Source: a virus
Lineage: Duplodnaviria > Caudoviricetes
IMG/VR virus record: IMGVR_UViG_3300021964_007473
Span: 1-58,919 of that record
Reading direction: 5' to 3' (one strand)
Length of the DNA: 58,919 nucleotides
Shown: positions 8,143 to 17,972 of the stretch, piece by piece
How the letters are laid out: every line of letters begins with the position of its first letter
How positions within the stretch are numbered: position 1 is the first letter of the stretch
The notes under the pieces: generated by a model
The model's input: only the letters and a program-made list of their open reading frames with translations
Databases searched by the model: none
What the model was told of the DNA's origin: nothing
Translations under genes and position numbers: made by a program

Positions 8143-8817
8143 ATGAGCAGCGACCGCGTTATGAAGCGGTCGTGTTCTTTTTGCATGGACGAAGAGCGCG
8201 ATGGGCTTGAGCAGGGCCTTCTCGACGGTCACATTTCGCCAAAGCAGTTGGACAAAGACAAGGGGTGGCGAACCAACACCACCGAGCGGCACTACCGCAA
8301 CCACATGGGCGAGTTTCACCTTGCATCCAATTCAGGATGTCCTGTCTGTACGTCGCATCAGCGTGCTGCGTACGAAGAGTTGTACTTCAACACAGGCAAC
8401 AGCGACCTCATCGCTCAAGAGTTGGAAGTCAGCGAGAACGTGGTCTATCAGCACATGAAGAATCACTTTCAGCCGCTTGTGCAAAAGACGGCTGCTATCG
8501 AAGTCGCCCTGCGTGCAGGCACCGAGATTGATTTGTTGCGAAGCAACGCTGAGCGGCTCAATCACAAGTTGAGCGAACTGCTTGACGAAGGCAGCGTCCA
8601 CGAAGACGGCTTTGTGCGGGATGCGGTGTCGCTGCACAAGGAAGTTCGTGAAACAGTCAAAGACCTGCTTCGCTTCCAAGACCAATGGGGTGCGCAAAGC
8701 GACACGCAGCAGGTCAATCAGACCTTCAACATCTTGCAAGTCGAATTGAGCAAGGAGAGTCCTGAAGTATGGGCGCGGCTTAGGGCGCAATTGATGGAGA
8801 ACATGGGGGTGGAGTGA
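8143..8817 (+). CDS. Tandem CxxC...HxxxH zinc/HTH protein, candidate terminase small subunit
   Basis: Two repeats (CSFC...HYRNH; CPVC...HMKNH) plus a C-terminal coiled coil. Lies upstream of TerL. The TerS assignment is inference. Confidence 0.55.
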   Translation: MSSDRVMKRSCSFCMDEERDGLEQGLLDGHISPKQLDKDKGWRTNTTERHYRNHMGEFHLASNSGCPVCTSHQRAAYEELYFNTGNSDLIAQELEVSENVVYQHMKNHFQPLVQKTAAIEVALRAGTEIDLLRSNAERLNHKLSELLDEGSVHEDGFVRDAVSLHKEVRETVKDLLRFQDQWGAQSDTQQVNQTFNILQVELSKESPEVWARLRAQLMENMGVE

Positions 8818-10106
8818 TGCCGATGATGGGACGCGGCTCGGACACTCGCATGTACTCGCCGCGTAGCGAGTCCGACAAGATGTACTCGTCGGCCAACGAG
8901 GACGAGGACAAGTACTCGCCCACGTCCCCGGAGGACATGGAACGCCGCCGTGAAGAGCGGAAGAAGCGTGAAGAAGAGCGCAAGGACAAGCGCAGTAAAA
9001 TCAAGCACATCAAGGTCAGCGCAAAGTTGCCCCTTGAAGGTGCTGAATCCTCAATGGGTGAGGACGACGGCAACAAGCAGGACTTGGAACGGGAACTTGG
9101 TTTGCAAGGTGGGCCTGCGGGTAGTCGAGGCCACATGCTTGACATGGCTACGGGGGCCAAGACGGGTACCGGTAGTGCAATGACCGGTCCTGTTCCGCTC
9201 TTCATGAGTGAACCAATGGAAGATGCTTGGTCCACGTTGCTGAAGCGTGAAACACCCGGTACCATCGAAGCCCGTCGTCGCCGTGAAGCGCGGCGCGAGT
9301 TCCGCCCATCCACAGGACAATTCAAGCGGCCACCCGGCGGCATGGACCCAAGCGGTGCTACCATGCGGCGTTTTCGCGCCCGTATGCGTGGTATCAAGGG
9401 TGGAAAGAAAACGGGGCTGATGAAACCCCACCTGTCTGTGGAGATGAGTCACCGTGGCATTGCGACGAAGCAACCCATGTCGAAAGACCCGCAAAAGTAC
9501 CGACAGTACATGGGCCAATCTGAGGCTCGCAAGATTCTTGGCAATGTACGCACGACCTTCTCGCCCCACGCCCGCTACGCCGAGCGAGGCAGTTACGCCG
9601 GACCCACCGGAGCAGGAAGGCTCAGCGGACTCTTGCCCGGACAGTCAGGGCAAATGAGGCAACCTGCGCTGCGCTCAATGCGTGTGCGCCGACCCCGTAT
9701 GCCTCGGATGCCTCGCCCACCGATGCCACCCATGCCGCCGATGATGCCTTCACCGCAATCGTCCATGGTCCCCGGCATCCCATCTGCTCCTTCTGCTCCC
9801 TCGTCCATCATGATGAGCGAAGAGCGTGCTGAGAGTGAGATGCTCAAAGGCCGCGCTGCCCGCACGACTGAGCGACTCAACATCATGCGCCGTATCATGG
9901 CAGCGTTGGAGCGTGCCAACAAGTTGCAAAAAGCGGGTACGCGCAGCGCAATGGAGAACGGTCACGTTCCTGCTCACCCTGCCGGTGTGAGTCCCAAAGA
10001 CGAGTCGGACCCTGAAGGGCCGACGGAAAACGACGAGACTGACGCGAAGCAGTTCGGTCTTGACCCGGCGGGTTACCTCGTCTCACAACGGGGGCATATG
10101 GGATGA
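8814..10106 (+). CDS. Highly basic, Pro/Met-rich tagged protein (putative internal head/DNA-binding protein)
   Basis: SEPMEDAWSTLLKRE at ~9207-9250 followed by an Arg-rich domain. Also contains MLKG and LQKA sites. Confidence 0.7.
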   Translation: MMPMMGRGSDTRMYSPRSESDKMYSSANEDEDKYSPTSPEDMERRREERKKREEERKDKRSKIKHIKVSAKLPLEGAESSMGEDDGNKQDLERELGLQGGPAGSRGHMLDMATGAKTGTGSAMTGPVPLFMSEPMEDAWSTLLKRETPGTIEARRRREARREFRPSTGQFKRPPGGMDPSGATMRRFRARMRGIKGGKKTGLMKPHLSVEMSHRGIATKQPMSKDPQKYRQYMGQSEARKILGNVRTTFSPHARYAERGSYAGPTGAGRLSGLLPGQSGQMRQPALRSMRVRRPRMPRMPRPPMPPMPPMMPSPQSSMVPGIPSAPSAPSSIMMSEERAESEMLKGRAARTTERLNIMRRIMAALERANKLQKAGTRSAMENGHVPAHPAGVSPKDESDPEGPTENDETDAKQFGLDPAGYLVSQRGHMG

Positions 10107-12247
10107 TGCTTGACCCGATTGCCATTCGCAAGGCATGGGGTCTTTTTCACCACAGTCCAAGAGGGCATTCAGCCATTCTGCGCAATCCTCCGCCCGAGGC
10201 ATTCCGACCAATGGACCAATTGGACGTGCCTGCGTTTGCTCACGACGGAAAGGGGGAGATTTACCCCGGTCAGTTTGAAAAAGACGATGCGGGGATTCAC
10301 TACTACCACACCCGTCCCAAAGACGACCCGCGTGGACCTCAGTTCTTTATGCACGGCATTGACGCTGCTGCGCACCATTTGAGAAAGGCACTCAAAGGTC
10401 GCGTACCTGAAGGTTTCAATCCCGTACCGTTGATTGATGCTGCAATCCAACTGTACAACAAGAACCACGAAAGTGACGCACATCAACTTGCTCCATTTGC
10501 AAGCAACCAATGGCGAAAGATACGTGCAGGACAATATCCAAGTCACGGTGTTACATCAACCCGAGAAGGTACAAATCGTCCAAGCCGTACGGACAACGGT
10601 ACCAAGATTACTACGCTAACAAATTGGAACCACGCAACCAATCCTAATGGTCGTTTTGTTGAGTCGTACTACCTGCCGTTTAATGCGGAATTACGGTACA
10701 TTCTTGACGACGTGCTTCCGCAATTTGATATTGACCCAAAAGAATTGGAAGGTCGGTTACCCTTTTTGCAAAGCAACAAACCGTTCGTGTACGCCAACAT
10801 GACGGCTCCACCGGACTACATTCACTCTCCACAAAAAGACCCCGGTTCTTCCACCGTGGACCATACGAAGCACCCTTATCCTGATGAGTTTGGCCCGTCT
10901 ATGGATGCCTCCCACACGTGGGAAGTTCTTCACCATCTGCCTGACATTTTTTTCCGACCGGTCGGTGGTAAGCCTGCGGTACAATTAGAACGACTTGCAG
11001 GTGAATACATTGCAGAAGCCTTGCAGGAAGGTTTGGACCACGTGCCCAATGTGCCTGTCACCATTGATGTACCAATGGAAGGGCGCATGCAAATGGGCAT
11101 GAGGGATGCTATGGAAAATCCAACCTACCGACAAGCCCTCATCAAGTCGGTGTCAAAGGTTCCGGCCATGATGTTCCTGTTTGGTCGTTCAAGCCAAGGT
11201 CCTTTCGTCAAACTCTTCAACGACGTGCAAGAGACATTGGAAGGTGATGGAATTGGCTACGAAGGTCAACTTGGTCACGTTAAGCAAGGCAGTTCGTCAA
11301 AAGGTCAAGCGGGTACTCACGTCAGGGGTGCAGAAGTTCTTGCCCTTGCCCGTGCTATGGGTGAAGGGGAGGAAGGAAAGAGTGCGCTTAGCCAAGTGCC
11401 CTTTTCCGGCGACGAACAGATGCAAGAAACCATTGCTCGCAACCGTCGTACCATTGAAGCACTTGCGGACCATCAAGCCTCAGCCCGTGGTCATGAAATC
11501 CGTCTTGGACTTGGAGAGATTCCAAGCGAGTTGGCTGCTCAGCGTGTGTACGAAAACTACCCAACCGCTGACCCGGAAACCGGGCAAATGCCCCTTGGTC
11601 AAGACCTTGACCCGCACATGGAAGCCTATTTTCATGGCATGAATTATGCAGGCTATTCGCCTGTCCCCACACAACAAGAAGTCCCTGCGTCTGCACCCGT
11701 ACCGGCGTCCGCTCATCCGTCGGCTACGGTGCCTCCACCAACAAGCGGCCCTTCACCTCCGCCGCTCGCAGACGCAGGGGCACCTCAACCCTTGTCGGCT
11801 GAGTTCCAAGCCATCCGACCGGACATTGGCCGCTACTCCCCTGCACAGTTCAGGGAAATGCTCGACCTTGCAGGTCGTGGTCGGCAGCGGCCTGTTGCTT
11901 CGCCTGAGTTGTCTCCCGTTGAAGCACGCGCTCAAGCAGGCCTGTCCGACCCACGCCAAACCTTGCTGACGCAGTTCATGCGCAGCGAAGACGTGCATCT
12001 GCCTGTGATGGACCAAGTAATGAAGGCACTTGAGCGAATGCAGTACCGCGAGGCTGAATTGGACAACAACGTGGTGAAACACCTCAGTTCTTCCCGCACG
12101 TCCTCCCGTCAGTTGGCTTCATACGTTGGGCTTACCTCCGAGGAAGTGACCAACATTCATCACACGATGGGTGATTGGCACAAAATTGCGAAGTCGTACA
12201 ACGTCCAACCCGAGGTCGTCAAGGTCATCAAAATGAGTATGAGGTGA
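10103..12247 (+). CDS. Hypothetical protein (714 aa), Pro-rich linker, HTH-like C-terminus
   Basis: Long ORF coupled to its neighbours. C-terminal RQLASYVGLTSEEV...WHKIAKSYNVQPEVV is HTH-like. Confidence 0.7.
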   Translation: MMLDPIAIRKAWGLFHHSPRGHSAILRNPPPEAFRPMDQLDVPAFAHDGKGEIYPGQFEKDDAGIHYYHTRPKDDPRGPQFFMHGIDAAAHHLRKALKGRVPEGFNPVPLIDAAIQLYNKNHESDAHQLAPFASNQWRKIRAGQYPSHGVTSTREGTNRPSRTDNGTKITTLTNWNHATNPNGRFVESYYLPFNAELRYILDDVLPQFDIDPKELEGRLPFLQSNKPFVYANMTAPPDYIHSPQKDPGSSTVDHTKHPYPDEFGPSMDASHTWEVLHHLPDIFFRPVGGKPAVQLERLAGEYIAEALQEGLDHVPNVPVTIDVPMEGRMQMGMRDAMENPTYRQALIKSVSKVPAMMFLFGRSSQGPFVKLFNDVQETLEGDGIGYEGQLGHVKQGSSSKGQAGTHVRGAEVLALARAMGEGEEGKSALSQVPFSGDEQMQETIARNRRTIEALADHQASARGHEIRLGLGEIPSELAAQRVYENYPTADPETGQMPLGQDLDPHMEAYFHGMNYAGYSPVPTQQEVPASAPVPASAHPSATVPPPTSGPSPPPLADAGAPQPLSAEFQAIRPDIGRYSPAQFREMLDLAGRGRQRPVASPELSPVEARAQAGLSDPRQTLLTQFMRSEDVHLPVMDQVMKALERMQYREAELDNNVVKHLSSSRTSSRQLASYVGLTSEEVTNIHHTMGDWHKIAKSYNVQPEVVKVIKMSMR

Positions 12248-12251
12248 AATC

Positions 12252-12983
12252 ATGAAGCCCGTACTCGTTCGTAAATCTGAAACTGCGTTGCAGCAGGTAC
12301 CAAGTGGCGGTTTGCAGTTGGTGGTTGGTGGCAAAGGCCCATCAATTCGTGAACTTGCGGGCATGGCTTTTGGCCGAAAAACAGGTCAGAAAGGGCAAGG
12401 ATGGCAAAGACTTGGTGCTATTGCTGATTTGGCAGGTCGCGGTCTTTCTGCTGCGGCTACCACGCAACAAATTGCAGACCAAATGCAAGGGGGCAACCTC
12501 GCTGCTCCTATGGGTGCGTACGCACAATACCTTGCAAACCAACCGTGGCAATTCATTGAAAGGCAAAAAGAAACACAACCTCAAACTCAATCTTCGCCCA
12601 CTCAGCAGCAATCCCCACAAATGCAGTCTGTTGCACCGGGTTCAACTGCTCCTGATGGCTCCGCACTACCACCGGAGCAAATGATGCTACCGGGTATGGA
12701 GCAACCTCAGCAACCTCAGCAACCTGTGCAGCAACCTGTGCAGCAACCTGTGCAGCAACCTGTGCAACCTGTTCCTCCTGAAGAAGCAGCAGCGGCCATG
12801 ACAGGACAACCTGTTCAACAGTCTGCTGCTGCTCAGCCTGCTGCTCAACCTGCTGCTCAGCCTGTTAACCCTGCACTTGCAGCAGAACAACTCCGAGCGC
12901 AAGGACAAACCGGTTTATTCACCTATTCTGCTGAGCCGTTTGAACATGCGATGGACTACTTGCTCAAGAGGTTGAGCCGATGA
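12252..12983 (+). CDS. Gln/Pro-rich protein with C-terminal tag (EPFEHAMDYLLKR)
   Basis: GAGGTGA SD, N-terminal VLVRKS, and QPVQ and AAQP repeats. Confidence 0.75.
   Translation: MKPVLVRKSETALQQVPSGGLQLVVGGKGPSIRELAGMAFGRKTGQKGQGWQRLGAIADLAGRGLSAAATTQQIADQMQGGNLAAPMGAYAQYLANQPWQFIERQKETQPQTQSSPTQQQSPQMQSVAPGSTAPDGSALPPEQMMLPGMEQPQQPQQPVQQPVQQPVQQPVQPVPPEEAAAAMTGQPVQQSAAAQPAAQPAAQPVNPALAAEQLRAQGQTGLFTYSAEPFEHAMDYLLKRLSR
12701..12773 (+). repeat. Coding tandem repeats (9-bp QQP and 12-bp QQPV units)
   Basis: GCAACCTCA and GCAACCTGTGCA units read directly. An AAQP x3 repeat follows at ~12828-12863. Confidence 0.9.
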
Positions 12984-14467
12984 ATGAAGACATGAATCAG
13001 TTCATCCTTGAGATGGACCGTGAAATGTCGGCCAAGTCCTTCAGGTACTTCTTTACCGAGATTCTCGGTTTTGAGTACTCGTACCACCATGAATGTTGGG
13101 ACAAAGGGTTGGACTCCAACCGCTACTACTGTGTGAAAGCAAGTCGTGACCACGGCAAATCCGTGTTCTTCATGTCCTATGCCCTGTGGATTGCGGCGTT
13201 TCAGCCCAACACCCACGTCATGATTTTCAGCCACTCGCTTGAGCAGACGCTTGAACACATGCGGTTCATTCGCAACAACATCGAATCCACCCCGTGTCTG
13301 CGACACCTTATTCCTGAAGGCCGACCTTGGCGAAAGACCTACTTTGACTTTGCAAACGGAAGCCGTATGATGGCAAAGTCCGTGGGTGGTGGTACCCGTG
13401 GTTTCCACCCGAACGTGGTTGTGTGCGACGACATTCTGTGGGGCACGACCGGTACTGAATTGCAGCGTGCTGCGGATTGGTTCTATGGTGTTCTGCTTCC
13501 TGTGCTGCACCACACCGGTCGCATGATGATTGTCGGTACACCTTTTTCGTACAACGACCTGTACGCAGAACTTGAGCAACGTGAGGCATTCACCGTTGAA
13601 ACCTACCCTGCCATCAACACCGAAGGAAAAGCCCTGTGGCCTGAGCGGTGGGATTTGGAATCGCTTGACCAACGGCGACTTTCTATGCCTGCTATTCAGT
13701 TCTCCCGTGAATACCTGTGCGAGCCGATTCACGACGTTGCGAGTATGTTCCCCAACGACATTCTTGAAAAAGCAAGGGACAGGGACCTTGTGTTGCTTGA
13801 CCGCGCTGAGATGGAGTATGACGAAGAAGGTGAGTCGGCAGGCATCTTTGGGCAGCATTTCATCGGATGGGACACGGCGATTGCCTCGGACAAGAACGCT
13901 GACTTTACCGCTATGCTTGTGCTACGTACGTTACCTGATGATGGTACCAAACAAATTGTCGGTGTGCATCACGAACGTGGAATGAGCGGTGCAGCGCAGA
14001 AGCGGCAAATCCTGATGATGAACAACCGCTTCCAACCTGACTTGATTGAACTTGAGGGCAACAACTTCCAACGCATGTTTGCTGCTGAACTGCAAGACAT
14101 GCGCAACGACATTCCCATCAAGACGTTCATGACCACCCGTCAGCGCAAGGAATCCATGTTCATGTCCCTGCTCATGGCGTTTGAGCAAGGTCAGATTCGC
14201 ACACCCTACGGGGATGAGCGAAGCCGTGAGTTCACGCACAAGTTGGAGCAAGAACTCAACCGCTTCGGCATGCAGAAAAACGGGAAGTTGGAAAGCGTGG
14301 GTACGCACGACGACTTGGCAATGGCCCTCGCTTTGGCGAATTGGGGCACCAAGGAGTTCCGTGGCTCGCTCGTCATGCTTGACGACTACATGCCCGGATT
14401 TGGCGATTGGCTTAGTGGTGGTCGTCAGGAAGAGAAAGGAGGGTTTGGTGGATGGCTGACCCCTTGA
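12980..14467 (+). CDS. terL: Terminase large subunit
   Basis: Walker A ASRDHGKS, Walker B VVVCDD, coupling motif VGTP, and nuclease IGWDTA and HDDLAMALALA. Confidence 0.95.
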   Translation: MNEDMNQFILEMDREMSAKSFRYFFTEILGFEYSYHHECWDKGLDSNRYYCVKASRDHGKSVFFMSYALWIAAFQPNTHVMIFSHSLEQTLEHMRFIRNNIESTPCLRHLIPEGRPWRKTYFDFANGSRMMAKSVGGGTRGFHPNVVVCDDILWGTTGTELQRAADWFYGVLLPVLHHTGRMMIVGTPFSYNDLYAELEQREAFTVETYPAINTEGKALWPERWDLESLDQRRLSMPAIQFSREYLCEPIHDVASMFPNDILEKARDRDLVLLDRAEMEYDEEGESAGIFGQHFIGWDTAIASDKNADFTAMLVLRTLPDDGTKQIVGVHHERGMSGAAQKRQILMMNNRFQPDLIELEGNNFQRMFAAELQDMRNDIPIKTFMTTRQRKESMFMSLLMAFEQGQIRTPYGDERSREFTHKLEQELNRFGMQKNGKLESVGTHDDLAMALALANWGTKEFRGSLVMLDDYMPGFGDWLSGGRQEEKGGFGGWLTP

Positions 14468-14520
14468 ATTACCCGTTCGCTGAGTGGGGTTTTTAACCAA
14501 TGGTCAAGTGAGTGGTCATT

Positions 14521-15819
14521 ATGTGGGGGAGTGCATTGGTGGGTGACGTGTACGACGTGCCCCTTGTGAGTGACGACCCTTTCACCAAGATGGTGATGAA
14601 CTCCATTGCTCAGCATCCCTTCTTTTCACCGCATGACGTACCCATGCAAACCACGTCAACGGTTTTTCTCAAAGAAGACCTGCGAAAGCGAGAGTTCCCG
14701 AAGAACGGCGACGGATGGCTTGAGACGTATTGGGGAAAAGACGCTGACACCATCATTCGTGAGTGCCGCAAGATGCGACGGCACGACAAAGACAACCGTG
14801 ACGAATACGACGAAACGATTGGGCTTGTGCGCCAACTGAAAGCCATGGAGGTTGAAGCAACCATCAACAACCTGTCGTGGGCTGAAGGTATGGAGAGCGT
14901 CATTAAACAAATGGGGCTGACTGACCGTAGCCTCAAGGCGTTGCGTAAGTTTGGTGAGAGCCGTAGTGTGTCGTTGCAGAAGGCATGCCATCAATTCCTC
15001 AAGGCCAACACCGTGTTGCAAATGCTCAACGACAAAGTGGATTGGGATGAAGACGACCAACAATCGTGGGTTGACGCCACGCATTTGCAGAAAGATGCTC
15101 GCAAAATGTGGCGAAACGTACTGCACCAAGTGGACACGTTGAACAAGGCAGAACAAGATGCCCTGTACTTTGCAGCAGAAGAATTGCAAGCCCACGGTCA
15201 CCTGAGCAGCCGAGAGTTGCTCCGCCGTGGCTCAGACACCTTGGACCGCAACATGACGGCGCAGCGCATGGGTGCATTGCTCAAGATGTACGGTGAAGAG
15301 TTGAACATCTTCAAGAGTACATCACGCGGTGACTACGTTCTTTTGGGTCGTGATGGATTCATCATCAAGGACATTTGGGCGTACATGGCGGGTTCACTCG
15401 ATTCTGACGGTAGCATCTTCATCAGCGAGCGCGGTGACCCCCGTGTGACCTTCGTTGCAAGCGGTGACTCAGGGAAACAACTGTGCGAAGACTTGCACAA
15501 GGCCACCGGATGCGGTCGTCTTGTCACGGACCAAAAGGTGTCCCGCAACACCAAGAAGAGCGTACACCGACTCATCTTTTCACGCAAGGACGACATTCGC
15601 CGTGTCCTCAAGGCTACCCTTCCCCACATGATGCTCAAGACCACGCAAGCGAGAGCCATGCTCTCGTACGTGGATGAGAATGATTCCATGCGAAAGCAGG
15701 AGTTGTACCGACTTGTCACCTTCTCAAATTGGAAGGACCATACGGTGAAAGCCAACGGGCTTCTTGATAAGTGGGGAATTGATGCCGATACCATCGGTGC
15801 ATACGCGGAGGGTCTATGA
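14521..15819 (+). CDS. Protein with C-terminal LAGLIDADG homing-endonuclease-like domain
   Basis: YMAGSLDSDGSIFI at ~15382-15423, preceded by a ~280-aa helical/winged-helix-like region. TTTTTAAC TATA-like box at ~14490. Confidence 0.75.
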   Translation: MWGSALVGDVYDVPLVSDDPFTKMVMNSIAQHPFFSPHDVPMQTTSTVFLKEDLRKREFPKNGDGWLETYWGKDADTIIRECRKMRRHDKDNRDEYDETIGLVRQLKAMEVEATINNLSWAEGMESVIKQMGLTDRSLKALRKFGESRSVSLQKACHQFLKANTVLQMLNDKVDWDEDDQQSWVDATHLQKDARKMWRNVLHQVDTLNKAEQDALYFAAEELQAHGHLSSRELLRRGSDTLDRNMTAQRMGALLKMYGEELNIFKSTSRGDYVLLGRDGFIIKDIWAYMAGSLDSDGSIFISERGDPRVTFVASGDSGKQLCEDLHKATGCGRLVTDQKVSRNTKKSVHRLIFSRKDDIRRVLKATLPHMMLKTTQARAMLSYVDENDSMRKQELYRLVTFSNWKDHTVKANGLLDKWGIDADTIGAYAEGL

Positions 15820-17567
15820 TGGCTGAAGAAGGACGCATTTCTCGGTTCCTGTCAGGCCTTCGTAGCCCGTTCAAGTCGCGTGAGTCACCCACGCCGACCA
15901 TGCCGTTGTGGTCAAGCGGTATTCAGGAACCCGTGATGGCTCAGGGCATCACCATTCCGGCCCTCTATGCGGTCAGCAACGAATCGCTGATTCTGCGCAC
16001 CGTTCTTTCCAAGTTGCGTCAAGAAATGTTCCGTCGCGGCTACTATTGGGAAAAGAAGTTCACAGTCAAGTGTACGGTGTGCGATGAAGAGTACCAACAG
16101 GAAATGGAATCCTGCAAGCAATGCGGTGGTGAAGTGCGCAAGCCTGACCCTGATGAGTTGACCTACCCTAAGTGGTTGCTCGGTCAGGAGAACTCGATGG
16201 AACAATCGTTTGTCCATCTGCTCCATGAAGTTGAGAATGACCTCAACATTGTGGACGACGCCTTCCTCATCTTGGTCAAGGAATACTTCATTGACCCTGA
16301 AAGTAAGGAGATTGCGTTTTACCGTGTCAAGGAGATGATTCGTGGTGACCCCATCTTCATGCGCATTGTGGCCGACAAGCGCGGTGTGCGTGGTGGCCGA
16401 TTCAAGGTCTGCATCATCCATCGTGACGAAGTAAAGACACACGCTGACGACAAGGTGTGTGAGAACTGCGGTCGTGACCTTGAAGACGTTCACTACGTCA
16501 ACATGGCCGGTAGCGGAAAGACGCAGTATTTCGTTGAAGGTGAAGTGATACACGTCAGCAAGTACACTCCGTCGAAGTTGTACGGACGTAGCCCTGTCAA
16601 CACCATGTGGCGTCAAGCCATGACACTCACGGCCATGGACAATTACATGTACACGGCTTACCAAAAGCGACGGATGCCCAAGGGTATCATCTCGGTGACT
16701 ACGGACAACCTTGAGTCCATGAAGTCGTTTTGGAAGTCCGTTGACGAAAAGATGGAGCGTGACCCCCACTACATTCCCCGTGTTGGTATTGAATCGCAAA
16801 CCGGCAAGGGTGGCGTGAATTGGGTCAAGTTCATGGACACCTTGGAGGAAATGCAGTACATTCCGGTTCGTGACGAGATTCGCAACAGGATTGCTGCATT
16901 CTATGGTGTTTCAAGCATCTTCATGGTGGACACCGGCAAGTCCGGTGGTCTGAACAACGAGGGCATGCAGATTCTTGTCACCAACCGTGCGGTTGAGTTT
17001 GGTCAGAAGGTGTACACCGATGTTTTGTTCCCCCGTCTGCTCAGGCAGATGAACGTTAGCGATTGGAAACTCACCTTGTACCCCAACGAGGAAGAGGACG
17101 AAATCACTCGCCTGCGCCGCGACGAGCAGGAACTCAACGTGGCTCAGCGCATGGCTCAGTTGGGCTTCCAACCGGAACTGCTTGAAGACCCGGCCAACCG
17201 TGACATTCGCTTCGTGTACCGCAAGCCACAACCGCAACCCGGTATGCCCGGTATGCCTCCCGGTGGCGCACCTCCGGGTATGCCCGGTATGCCTCCCGGT
17301 GGTATGCCTCCCGGTGGTATGCCGCCGCAGATGGCAGGCGGACCGCCGATGGTTGGGGGGATGCCTCCGGGTATGCCGATGCCGCCGCCTCAGCCGGGTG
17401 GTCAGGGCGTTGGTCTGCGCAATCGAGGTCCTGCTGCTCCTGAGCGAAGGACCACGGTTGGTAGCGGCGCACCGGTCAGCAGCGTTCAGCAACGCGGTCC
17501 GCAGCCGAACCTACAACAAAATGTCAGCAACGCATTGATGAACGCCCGAAGGCCTCGCGGTGCCTAA
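15816..17567 (+). CDS. Portal protein with Zn-ribbon insertions and Pro/Gly/Met tail
   Basis: Lies after terL. Portal-like segments EVIHVSKY..SKLYGRSP and RNRIAAFYGVS. Inserts CTVC/CKQC and CIIH/CENC. Confidence 0.9.
   Translation: MMAEEGRISRFLSGLRSPFKSRESPTPTMPLWSSGIQEPVMAQGITIPALYAVSNESLILRTVLSKLRQEMFRRGYYWEKKFTVKCTVCDEEYQQEMESCKQCGGEVRKPDPDELTYPKWLLGQENSMEQSFVHLLHEVENDLNIVDDAFLILVKEYFIDPESKEIAFYRVKEMIRGDPIFMRIVADKRGVRGGRFKVCIIHRDEVKTHADDKVCENCGRDLEDVHYVNMAGSGKTQYFVEGEVIHVSKYTPSKLYGRSPVNTMWRQAMTLTAMDNYMYTAYQKRRMPKGIISVTTDNLESMKSFWKSVDEKMERDPHYIPRVGIESQTGKGGVNWVKFMDTLEEMQYIPVRDEIRNRIAAFYGVSSIFMVDTGKSGGLNNEGMQILVTNRAVEFGQKVYTDVLFPRLLRQMNVSDWKLTLYPNEEEDEITRLRRDEQELNVAQRMAQLGFQPELLEDPANRDIRFVYRKPQPQPGMPGMPPGGAPPGMPGMPPGGMPPGGMPPQMAGGPPMVGGMPPGMPMPPPQPGGQGVGLRNRGPAAPERRTTVGSGAPVSSVQQRGPQPNLQQNVSNALMNARRPRGA
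17239..17400 (+). repeat. Coding PGMPPGG repeats in portal C-terminus
   Basis: CCCGGTATG and CCTCCCGGTGGT units read directly. Confidence 0.85.
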
Positions 17568-17610
17568 ACCTTGATAACCGCCCCACGACTGCACAAAGCG
17601 AGGGAATCTC

Positions 17611-17967
17611 ATGGACCTCTTGAAGATGCACCCAATGGCCCGAAAGATGGAGCAGGCTCAGCGAGCCTTCCTGACCGCTCTTGAGAGTGGTGATGGAAGT
17701 CTCGCCAAGGAGCATTTGTCCGAAGTCAGCAAGTTGAGCGACTTCCTCCTTGAAGACCTCAACACCGAGATTGCCAAGTCCCAAGACGTTCTGCCGAACG
17801 CACAGGGTCCGAACGACCTGTTCGCGGGCGGTGTGCCTGTGCGCAAGTTCGTTTCCGAGCCGGAGACGGTGACCCTTGAGGGTACCCGTCTGCCCGGTAT
17901 CATCTCAAGCGGGCACCGTGGTTCCCGCCTCTCTCCCGCTCAGGGTACCTTCGGTCGTTGGGGTTGA
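17611..17967 (+). CDS. Hypothetical head-associated protein
   Basis: Starts MDLLK and contains EIAKS. Putative TATA (CCTTGATAA ~17569) and GAGGG SD upstream. Confidence 0.7.
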   Translation: MDLLKMHPMARKMEQAQRAFLTALESGDGSLAKEHLSEVSKLSDFLLEDLNTEIAKSQDVLPNAQGPNDLFAGGVPVRKFVSEPETVTLEGTRLPGIISSGHRGSRLSPAQGTFGRWG

Positions 17968-17972
17968 ATCCA

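Noticed and set aside
12701-12863. Tandem repeats as a CRISPR array or contingency locus
   Set aside because: Units are 9 or 12 bp, in frame, without spacers, and encode Q/P linkers. The same applies to 17239-17400 and 29505-29546.
14521-15819. LAGLIDADG as part of an intein or intron in terL or portal
   Set aside because: TerL ends complete with its own stop. No intein N-terminal Cys/Ser block or C-terminal His-Asn was seen, and the ORF is free-standing.
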